From IMG/VR virus record IMGVR_UViG_2061766007_000627: DNA of 64,000 nucleotides. One strand, given 5' to 3'. Shown here in pieces: positions 56,144 through 64,000 of this stretch. Source of the DNA: an uncultured virus (IMG/VR IMGVR_UViG_2061766007_000627) (Duplodnaviria > Heunggongvirae > Uroviricota > Caudoviricetes). A program made the position numbers and the translations under genes. Each line of letters starts with the position of its first letter. The stretch's first letter is position 1. The notes under the pieces are model-generated. The model was given only the letters and a program-made list of their open reading frames with translations, did not search any database and was not told the origin of the DNA.

Positions 56144-57322
56144 ATGAAATTTAGATTAGTAGAAGATGCAGAAGTATTAAAAGACCCCGAAGTTGAAGAA
56201 ACTATAGAGGAACTTCCTGAAGAAGAACAGGATGTTGTAGAAGAAATCTTATCTGTAATTGATGATGTTACTCCTATTGATAATCCTAATGATATTACTA
56301 GAGCATTAGATGCGGCATTACAAACCGCATTAGATGCTTTTGATGTTGGTGCTCAAACTGCTGGTGCGGCGGCTAATGTTTTATTAGTCGGAGGTGCTGG
56401 CGTTGGTAAATCTAAAATAGTTAGACAATGGGCAAAACATAGAAAAATAAATTTAGTTTCTAAAAATGCTTCTTCTTTTGATAAGGCAGATATGGGCGGT
56501 GGTGTAGCTGCAGAGGTTGATGATACTGGCAAGAGATTAAACTCGATGACTCGTTTAACTAATAAAGAGTTTGATAGTTTAATGAAACCCGGTTCTGTAT
56601 TATTCCTTGATGAGTTAAACAGAGCTGACCCTGAAGTTGTCGGTTCATTATTAACTCTTATTCTTGACCACACAGTACCCGATAACTATAGCGAGGGTGC
56701 AGTAAAATATCTTCCTGGGTACTTATTTACTATAGCGGCAATTAACCCCGCAAAGTCTGATGCTTATAGTGGTACAAGCGAATTTGATAATGCGTTACTC
56801 GACAGATTTTCACAAATTGCTATTTATCCTGATATTCCGCAATATCGTAAGCACTTACTAGATGAGTTAAATCATAATTTAGAGGTCTTTAAAAAGAAAG
56901 CGGAGAAGAATCCAGCAAGATACGCTAAAAAGATTACAGAAACAGAGGGGCGCATTAAGTTAGCAACTACTGTCTTATCTTCTCCATTATTCTCGTTTGA
57001 TAGTATTGAAGATGAAGAAAAAGCCTATTCTACGGAACAAGAGGGGGATAGGAAAATTCTTCAAAACAAGATTTTATCTCCGAGAGGTTTTTCTGCTTTA
57101 ATTAGGGCATGTAACGGAACAAAAGAAGATTTCTTAAAGAGGTATCCAGACTTTTGCAATATCAATAAACTCGACATTATGGAGCAGATTTTAACTTCAT
57201 ACAAGGATGTTGAAGATAAGGCAAACAGCGCGTTAAAGTATAAAGACGGGTTCTTACCAGATGAAGAGGAAGAAACAATCTTCAAGGAAAATGATTGGGA
57301 TAAGTTAAGCGGATTACTTTAG
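56144..57322 (+). CDS. MoxR-like AAA+ ATPase
   Basis: GGAGVGKS, LFLDELNRA, AAINP, D.ALLDRF and SPR motifs. Confidence 0.88.
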   Translation: MKFRLVEDAEVLKDPEVEETIEELPEEEQDVVEEILSVIDDVTPIDNPNDITRALDAALQTALDAFDVGAQTAGAAANVLLVGGAGVGKSKIVRQWAKHRKINLVSKNASSFDKADMGGGVAAEVDDTGKRLNSMTRLTNKEFDSLMKPGSVLFLDELNRADPEVVGSLLTLILDHTVPDNYSEGAVKYLPGYLFTIAAINPAKSDAYSGTSEFDNALLDRFSQIAIYPDIPQYRKHLLDELNHNLEVFKKKAEKNPARYAKKITETEGRIKLATTVLSSPLFSFDSIEDEEKAYSTEQEGDRKILQNKILSPRGFSALIRACNGTKEDFLKRYPDFCNINKLDIMEQILTSYKDVEDKANSALKYKDGFLPDEEEETIFKENDWDKLSGLL

Positions 57323-57344
57323 AGAATAACTAGGAGAATATGCT

Positions 57345-58088
57345 ATGTCTATGACAAGATTAGAAAGGGGAACAAGGCGCTCGCTTGCAGAGTATTTGCG
57401 TAAGCAAGGCTATGTTACCTATGCAAGTATTCTTTTAAGTAATGATTTAAACTTCCATCGTCCACCCTATCCGTTTGTCGCTAAGATAGATGCTGATAAA
57501 AGAATTATCTATATCAATCCAAACCTTACCGACAAAGAGTCTTTGTCTACTATAATTCGTCACGAGATTTTACATCAGTATTTAGCCCATCAGGAAAGAG
57601 TTTTGAAGCATTGGGCACAACAGCATGGCTTGTCGTGGAAAGCACTAAAAGACATACCATTAGAAAAGCTCGTTGGTATGAACGAGCATGACTTTGCAGA
57701 ACTTGCAGATTCTCTTGGTGATGACAAACAGCAGGCATTAGATAACCGAACTATAGCACGAGGTCTTTATAGCAGAAGTTTTGCAGGTATGCCATATCAT
57801 AATGTGATTAAAGATGCTGAAATCTCTAATAGAGGATATACAGAAGCTGATAAGGAAATCGTAAAAGCATTAGAGATTGATGGTATGCCATTTCCTGGTA
57901 TTGTAACAGATACAGATTTTCCTCATTGGGCTAATATGTCTGTTGAAGAAATGATGGATGATGTAGAAGAAAGACTTGAAAAGGAAAAGAAACTCGCTGA
58001 AAAACTTAAAGGTAAAGTTTTAGGTATGCTCAATCGTGCTAACGGAACTTTTATTGATGTGACAAATGGGGTAGTTTACGGAGTATAA
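57345..58088 (+). CDS. Zincin-like metallopeptidase (DUF2201-N-like)
   Basis: IYINP...IIRHEILHQYL.H...N...D.EI. Confidence 0.75.
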   Translation: MSMTRLERGTRRSLAEYLRKQGYVTYASILLSNDLNFHRPPYPFVAKIDADKRIIYINPNLTDKESLSTIIRHEILHQYLAHQERVLKHWAQQHGLSWKALKDIPLEKLVGMNEHDFAELADSLGDDKQQALDNRTIARGLYSRSFAGMPYHNVIKDAEISNRGYTEADKEIVKALEIDGMPFPGIVTDTDFPHWANMSVEEMMDDVEERLEKEKKLAEKLKGKVLGMLNRANGTFIDVTNGVVYGV

Positions 58089-58092
58089 GTAA

Positions 58093-58455
58093 ATGCGAAT
58101 TGTTGAAGAAACTAAAATATTTGATGGTACTTTTATTGATGACCATACTTTTGTAGATGCGGATGGCAATGAGATTGAACTTCGGGTGTCAGAGTTTGAT
58201 GAACCACCAGAACCACCAGAACCGCCTGAACCGCCTGAACCGCCTGAACCGCCTGAACCGCCTGAACCACCTGAACCACCTAAAGAACCACCCAGAAAAC
58301 CGCCCAAAGAACAAAAAAAGTTACCACCAGATGACACTAAGTTGTATATAGATATTTTTGAAAATAAGGCATATAAGTGGAGTAGACGGGATGGGGCATT
58401 TGTAGAAGTTGAAATGCCTAAAGATGTACAAGAGTTATTAGATGGGTTAGATTGA
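58093..58455 (+). CDS. Pro-Glu repeat protein
   Basis: (EPP)9 tract between two small beta-rich modules. Confidence 0.7.
   Translation: MRIVEETKIFDGTFIDDHTFVDADGNEIELRVSEFDEPPEPPEPPEPPEPPEPPEPPEPPEPPKEPPRKPPKEQKKLPPDDTKLYIDIFENKAYKWSRRDGAFVEVEMPKDVQELLDGLD
58201..58281 (+). repeat. 9-bp tandem repeat GAACC[AG]CC[AT] x9
   Basis: Read directly from the sequence. Confidence 0.9.
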
Positions 58456-58456
58456 T

Positions 58457-59910
58457 ATGAAATTTAGATTATTAGAAGAAGATAAGGTATTCATTTATCG
58501 TGATAAGAATACGGGTAAGATGTATACTTATGATGGAACAGCCTTACGAGAAATAAAAAAAGGTGGCGGTGGTGGTCGTGGCGGCAGAAAGATAGATTTG
58601 CCACCTGATGATTCTGAAAAAGATAAGCCTGAAGATGAACCTGGTCGCAAACCAGATAAGCCTGAAGAAAAACCAGATAAGCCTGAAGAACCAAAAGAGC
58701 CCAAAGAACCAAAAGAACCTTGGGAACCAAAAGAGCCAAAAGACCCCAGAGAGCCAAAAGACCCTAGAGAGCCTAGAGAACCCAGAGAGCCTGGCGAGCC
58801 TAAAAAGAAACCAGATGGTTCAAAGAAAAAACCAAGCGAACCTACTGAACCTGGTGAACCTACTGAACCCGGCGACCCCACTGAACCTGGCGAACCTACT
58901 GAACCTGATGAGCCTACTGAACCCGGCGAACCTGTTGAACCGCCACCAGAGCCAACAGAACGGTCTGAACATGGTGAAGGGGGCAACTTTACAATAGACC
59001 AACTTGACCATATTTTAGATGAGATTGATGATTTATCTAAAGTATGGAATGACTTGACCGAGGAAGAAAAACAGTATTTAAGAGATAAGGCACACGAAAC
59101 AGATAAAGCAACTCTTGAAAAAGAGCAAGAAGAACGGGAAAAGGAAATCGAAAAAGAAGTAGAAAAACTTGGTGACCTTCACCCCGGCTCTGAAGAGGCT
59201 AAATCGAAATTGGAAGAAATCGGTGACCTTTTAAATGATGATGCTGTAATGAACGACTTGCTTGATGAAACAGAAAGGGCAGTTCGTAAGAGTAGACAGG
59301 AAAGAGAGCGAGAAAGAAAAGAAGCAGAAGCCGCTACTAAAATGTTTNNNNNNNNNNNNTTCTTGATATAAATAAGTTAATTAAGTCCGAAGTTAAGAAA
59401 ATTACTAAAAAGGACTGGGGAAGATTTAATAAACGAACCGAAGGTTCTGGTATCTATAAACCTGGGAAGTCTACACGAAAGAATCCTAACGTCCCAAGAC
59501 TTTTCGTTTACTATGATTATTCTGGTTCTTGGGGGTATGATGATATTGAAGTAGGTAACGCGGCAATAAGTACTTTGCGTTCTGTGTATGAGAAAAAAGG
59601 TCTTTTGACTATTGAAACCTATTTCTTTGCTCACGACTTAGGTACGACTCCTGCTGGTGCAGGCACTCGTGAAATTGAGTGTTTTGATAAGGTTTATAAT
59701 CACATAAAAGAACGAAAACCAGATAATGTTATGATTATGACAGATAGTGACGGTGACTATCGTGGTTATTTAGATATAACGAAATTAGATATAAGAGACC
59801 CCATTTATGTTCCCGGCGGTATGTTCATCTTATTTAGAAGAGGACGAGTTTCTAAGCAGGTGGCAAGAGTATTTAGGGGTAAGAAATTGAGTAAGATATA
59901 TAGATTTTAA
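58457..59910 (+). CDS. Pro-rich linker + coiled coil + vWA domain protein (split by N gap)
   Basis: EPK/EPT repeats. After the gap the frame reads LFVYYDYSGSW (MIDAS DxSxS)...GT...IMTDSD. Confidence 0.8.
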
Positions 59911-59925
59911 TAAGAGGATTTGTCT

Positions 59926-60528
59926 ATGGTAACACTTTCAACAGAAGATAAAAATTTTATAAGGAAAGAGTTGAAACCTCTTTTAACTAAAGGTGATTGG
60001 GATAAGATAAGGCGTTTGTGCGGAAAGAACTCTGGTAGATTCCATATCTTATGCTTTATGGCAGAAAATGGTATAGATGTGTTTAAAGGTTTGTCCTCTA
60101 TTCCTAAAGAGTTCTTTCTAGGTGCAGAGATTATGCAAATCACCATCCCATCTCATATTCGTGGTATTGGACAGCATGCGTTTTTAAAGTCTACATTAAG
60201 TGGTATTACATTTGAAGATGGTGTAGAAACAATCGGTGATTATGCTTTCCATGGCACTCCTATCTCAAATGTGGTACTCCCCGATACGGTTGAAACGATT
60301 GGTGCGTTTGCTTTTGCTAATTGCAGAAATCTGTCTAATATATTCATTCCAGATTCTGTCACCATTTTGCCGAGGGGGTTATTTGATGGGTGTGATAAAG
60401 TAGAAGTATATTTGAACTCTCGCAAGCAGTTGCCAAAGCATCTGCAGTTACAGATTCCTCGTGGGGAGGCTGCTTGGTACAAAGAACACGCAAAGATTAA
60501 GAGTGCAGGAGAAACAGATGGTATCTAA
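59926..60528 (+). CDS. BspA-type leucine-rich repeat protein
   Basis: IP..I..IG..AF / LP.TV..IG..AF..C..L..I.IP.SV repeats. Confidence 0.85.
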   Translation: MVTLSTEDKNFIRKELKPLLTKGDWDKIRRLCGKNSGRFHILCFMAENGIDVFKGLSSIPKEFFLGAEIMQITIPSHIRGIGQHAFLKSTLSGITFEDGVETIGDYAFHGTPISNVVLPDTVETIGAFAFANCRNLSNIFIPDSVTILPRGLFDGCDKVEVYLNSRKQLPKHLQLQIPRGEAAWYKEHAKIKSAGETDGI

Positions 60529-61756
60529 AGATTATTATAGATTATTAACGGAAGGTTTAGAAAGGAAGTATGCTCCTGCTAAACTGAATGAGGCTTGGTC
60601 AGATTCCATGCCTTCTTGGTTAAAAAAGAGATTAAGTGAAATTGGATTTACCGATAAGTTTAAAAAGTCTTCTCGCTGGGACCGTGGACCTGCTATTGGG
60701 AAGGCATTTAAGGAACTTGAAACTTATCCAAGGTTTAAGCGTGCATATGATTCCTATATAGATAATGGTTTTACTCATGAAGATGCTGTTGCTGCTGTAC
60801 TTAAAGATATGGGATTTAAGTATGAACCGCTTGATTATGTAAAGCCTCGTGGTGCTACTTATGCTGAAAAAGAAGCGGCGGGTCGTAATATTTTTCAACA
60901 ATTTTATGATGTTCACCATATTGATTTACAGAAGGCAGAGTTTATAGAATCAGAGCCACCTAAAAGTGCAAGACACCCTGCTTTCAATGATGGCAATATT
61001 CCTATCTGGTTCATTCATAGTACTAATCAAATCTACGCTAAAGGCATAAATGATAACGAAGTTTTGAATGGTGCTTCTGGTTCAAGTTATGCTGGTAAAG
61101 CATTTAGATATGTTCCATTAAAAGAGTTGGCAGAATTATGTGAGGGTGATTTCTGTTATATAGACGGAACGACTATAGATAAAGATGCTATTCCAGAGAA
61201 GAAGAGTGACCGTGCGCTTAGAAAAGATTGGGAAAAGTCTTCTCGCTGGACACGGGGTACTCCTGGTGAAACTGTCACTATGACTATGCCAGACACATAT
61301 AAGGATATTACTGTAACAAGAGATAAGTCTGGATATTTTGTAATTCCTAGTGCTGCCAAATATGCGAAGATTTTAGAAAAGTCTAGGGCAAAAAATTATG
61401 CAACTACTTTATCTAAAGTTGAAGCAGAATTAAGACGCTATTATGCTCTTTTAATTAATGCGCCTAGATTAAGCACTTGGGATAATCCTGATTTTGCACA
61501 GGGATTTCAAACGCAGTATAAGAACGCATTAGATTCTTATAAGGCACTATTACAGACCATTGATAGGATAGTTTCTGCATATGGTGAGGATTCAGAAGAA
61601 TTTATTGAATATTTGACTTCTGACTATGATTGGTCAAAGCACTTTGGTGATATTTATGCTAATCCATTTAAAAGGCAGATGAGAATATTGCGCAGTAAGT
61701 TGCGTGATGTAGAGCAGTCTGCTTCTGATTATGATTTTGTTCCATTAGATATATAG
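60518..61756 (+). CDS. Hypothetical protein with L-x-E leader
   Basis: RLLTEG...KLNEA leader and a 412-aa ORF. Confidence 0.65.
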   Translation: MVSKDYYRLLTEGLERKYAPAKLNEAWSDSMPSWLKKRLSEIGFTDKFKKSSRWDRGPAIGKAFKELETYPRFKRAYDSYIDNGFTHEDAVAAVLKDMGFKYEPLDYVKPRGATYAEKEAAGRNIFQQFYDVHHIDLQKAEFIESEPPKSARHPAFNDGNIPIWFIHSTNQIYAKGINDNEVLNGASGSSYAGKAFRYVPLKELAELCEGDFCYIDGTTIDKDAIPEKKSDRALRKDWEKSSRWTRGTPGETVTMTMPDTYKDITVTRDKSGYFVIPSAAKYAKILEKSRAKNYATTLSKVEAELRRYYALLINAPRLSTWDNPDFAQGFQTQYKNALDSYKALLQTIDRIVSAYGEDSEEFIEYLTSDYDWSKHFGDIYANPFKRQMRILRSKLRDVEQSASDYDFVPLDI

Positions 61757-61776
61757 AAAAATATAAGGAGAGATAA

Positions 61777-62067
61777 ATGAAGGTATTTGAACAAAGACAA
61801 GACGATGGTTCCAGAAAACTTATGGGAACTATGACTGACATTGAAGATGCAGTCGAAGTTACTTTAAAGACAAAAGATGGAACTGAATCCAAGTTTGATT
61901 TTGCTGGACAATATCACTATGTAGCGCCTGGTTCATTTGCAGTTAATGGAACTGACGATGCTCTTGGTATGTATATTGGTGAAGTAAGAGTAGTTCCGCC
62001 ACTCAATGTTGATTTTGAGGACAGCGAAGATTCGGAATCTGGTGAAGAGTCACAAGGACAAAAATAG
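61777..62067 (+). CDS. Hypothetical structural protein
   Basis: AAGGAG RBS, upstream of the neck gene. Confidence 0.65.
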   Translation: MKVFEQRQDDGSRKLMGTMTDIEDAVEVTLKTKDGTESKFDFAGQYHYVAPGSFAVNGTDDALGMYIGEVRVVPPLNVDFEDSEDSESGEESQGQK

Positions 62068-62079
62068 TAGGTTATATAA

Positions 62080-62811
62080 ATGGTTTTAGCAGATTACAGA
62101 GAAGAAATAAAATTAAAGTTGACGGGCGACCTATTAGAATCAGAACTTGATGAGGATACCCTTAACAAAATAATCAAATCTGCTTTACGAGAGTTGCAGA
62201 GATATATAACAAGTACGAGGTTGATTACAATCCCGTATAAGCGTTGTATTGATTTGTCAAATCCTGAAGATACTAACGGAGAAGAAATCAGCGTTAACTC
62301 TGTTGTTATGATTTATAGGACAGAAGATTTAACGGGGGTTTCTTCTTCGGCAAGTATTACTGACCCAATGCAGGTAGCGGCATGGCAGTTAGTTAGCGGA
62401 ATGGGAAGTTTAGTGAACTTTCAAGATGCTGTCTGGAACTATGGTGCGTGGTCAACATTAGGTCAAATAAGAAATACTGTATCAACAGATTTGGCATTTA
62501 GATATGATAAGGCAACTGATAAGTTGTATATCAATGTATCTTCAGGAACTCCTGCAACTATTACTGTTGAGTATATTCCAAAGATTGAAGATGTATCTGA
62601 AATCACTTCTGATTACTGGATTGATATGTTAATGAGATTATCTATTGCACTTACAAAAGTAACGCTCGGTAGAATAAGAACTCGTTATACTCAATCTAAT
62701 GCTTTATGGACGCAAGATGGTGATACTATTCTTGCAGAGGGCAGAGAAGAATTGACTAGTCTGCGTGAAGCATTGCTTACTAATTCAGAGTTGTGCTATC
62801 CGATAGACTAA
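62080..62811 (+). CDS. Neck/head-completion protein (T4 gp13-like)
   Basis: IKLKL.G...E.EL....I..AL, W......A..K..LG.IR.RY and DG..IL.EG..E motifs. Confidence 0.7.
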   Translation: MVLADYREEIKLKLTGDLLESELDEDTLNKIIKSALRELQRYITSTRLITIPYKRCIDLSNPEDTNGEEISVNSVVMIYRTEDLTGVSSSASITDPMQVAAWQLVSGMGSLVNFQDAVWNYGAWSTLGQIRNTVSTDLAFRYDKATDKLYINVSSGTPATITVEYIPKIEDVSEITSDYWIDMLMRLSIALTKVTLGRIRTRYTQSNALWTQDGDTILAEGREELTSLREALLTNSELCYPID

Positions 62812-62885
62812 CCATGATAAAATTTTGTTTGTTATTAGTTATAATAATTGTTGTTTTAGTTAGCGACAATGACAAGGAGATATAA

Positions 62886-64000
62886 ATGTCACAGTATATT
62901 AACGAAGCATTTAAAAAGTTCAGGCTTCTGGAGGACTATGAAGAGTTTTCGTTATCTCCAGAAGGACTTGACAATTTAGGTTCTTTTATGGGGCAAGCAT
63001 TAGACGATGAATCAGTAGATGTTATTGATTTAGAAGCAGAAGCCCAAGAGGACTTAAAGAAGTCTTATGTAGGAAAAGTTATTTGCGATTGCAACGTATG
63101 TCATTCCAACATTTTCTTCAATAAGGAAGATATTGTTATTGATGATGATGGTATTGTAAATGCAGAAGAGGAATGCCCATATTGTATGTCGAATGATGGT
63201 TATACAATTATTGGTGAAATCCAGGCATATGACCCAGGTCTTGAAACAGAAATTGATACTGAAGTTTCTGATGACGAACTCGCAGATGAGCCTATCGAGA
63301 TTGAAGATGAGGAAGAAACTGAAGTAGTTGAAGAAGGACTTAAACTCGATGGAGTAAAATCATTAAGAGGAGTCAAAGGCTTAAAGAAAAGACCTGAAAA
63401 GGCTGGAGTAAAAGCAATCAGAGGTATCGGTGATTCCAAGATTAGTGGAACTACTTTAGAAGAATCCATTAGATACCAAGGACCTGGCTACTATGATTTT
63501 TATTACATGCAAGATGATACTGACTATGTAGTTGGTTGGGATGAGCCGAGATGTATGTATTCTTGCGAAGTTGAAAGCGAAGACGAGTTTAACGATGAGG
63601 TAGATAAATACGCATATTTAAGGCGTGGTCAACAATACCTTGTTGATGTTAAATTAGACGAGTCTTGCAGTAAGAAGCATAAGAAAATCAAAGAGTCTAT
63701 CGAAGATGTAACCATCAATACTGAAGATGAAACTATGACGATGACCACTAAAGAAGATGGTGGCGTTGTAGTTGAAACTTCCCCAAGAGAAGATGGTGAG
63801 TTCTATGATGATTTCGATATGGATGTAGAGTCAGATGATGTTGATATTTCCGATGATGTAGAAGCGGGTGATGAGATTATTGCTCCGCTTTCTGACGAAA
63901 CAGAAGAAGAAATCATGGATAATTCTGAAGAGTCCGAGCCTGGGTTTGAAGAAGAAACTACAGAAGAAGAAACTTTTGAAGAAGAACCCGAAGGCGAAGA
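62886..64000 (+). CDS. Very acidic protein with zinc finger, partial (runs off window)
   Basis: AAGGAG RBS, MSQYINEAFKKFRLLED...CDCNVC...CPYC, and LEES/LDES/IKES linkers. Confidence 0.75.
   Translation, partial: MSQYINEAFKKFRLLEDYEEFSLSPEGLDNLGSFMGQALDDESVDVIDLEAEAQEDLKKSYVGKVICDCNVCHSNIFFNKEDIVIDDDGIVNAEEECPYCMSNDGYTIIGEIQAYDPGLETEIDTEVSDDELADEPIEIEDEEETEVVEEGLKLDGVKSLRGVKGLKKRPEKAGVKAIRGIGDSKISGTTLEESIRYQGPGYYDFYYMQDDTDYVVGWDEPRCMYSCEVESEDEFNDEVDKYAYLRRGQQYLVDVKLDESCSKKHKKIKESIEDVTINTEDETMTMTTKEDGGVVVETSPREDGEFYDDFDMDVESDDVDISDDVEAGDEIIAPLSDETEEEIMDNSEESEPGFEEETTEEETFEEEPEGE

Noticed and set aside
58201..58950. CRISPR-like or ncRNA repeat array
   Set aside because: The 9/18-bp repeats are in-frame Pro-Glu codons with no unique spacers. 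No CRISPR array or cas gene was seen in the window.
49825..59380. Apparent frameshifts or splits in the MTases and vWA gene (also at 15316-15376 and 44060)
   Set aside because: All coincide with N-runs of uncertain length, so they are assembly or masking artefacts rather than programmed frameshifts.
60662..61250. Direct repeat AAAAGTCTTCTCGCTGG occurring twice in one gene
   Set aside because: Both copies are in frame (KSSRW), and there is no sign of att sites or an inserted element.
1..64000. Minus-strand ORFs in the track (e.g. 12846-13439, 39822-40679, 58528-58986)
   Set aside because: They are shadows of + strand genes or repeats, with no RBS or recognisable motifs.

Overview
This is a 64-kb segment of a large, AT-rich T4-like (gp17/gp20/gp21/gp23-type head module) bacteriophage. 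The host is probably a gut or rumen Firmicute, inferred from GGAGG RBSs, sigmaA-type promoters and Gram-positive cell-wall enzymes. All credible genes are on the + strand. In order: tail/fibre genes with an embedded peptide deformylase and SSB (1-5.4 kb); a ~3.4-kb non-coding RNA operon (5.4-8.9 kb) with a ~640-nt ROOL-like RNA, 7 tRNAs (one interrupted by an HNH-bearing group I intron), an aberrant tRNA-like RNA and several stem-closed spacer RNAs; baseplate and lysis genes; acidic putative internal-head proteins including a SAM-lyase-like and an ART-like protein; terminase, portal, bS21, protease-scaffold and major capsid (28-38 kb); an early region of many small ORFs with a zinc-ribbon cassette array, three DNA methyltransferases, a dNTP diphosphohydrolase and a Stealth-like transferase (38-55 kb); and a late block with a split MoxR AAA/metallopeptidase/vWA system, an LRR protein and a neck protein. 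Two promoter classes are visible. Many late proteins share L/I/V-x-E leader and linker motifs that suggest a capsid-packaged, protease-processed effector set. All family calls come from motif recognition by eye, not database searches. N-runs break several genes.
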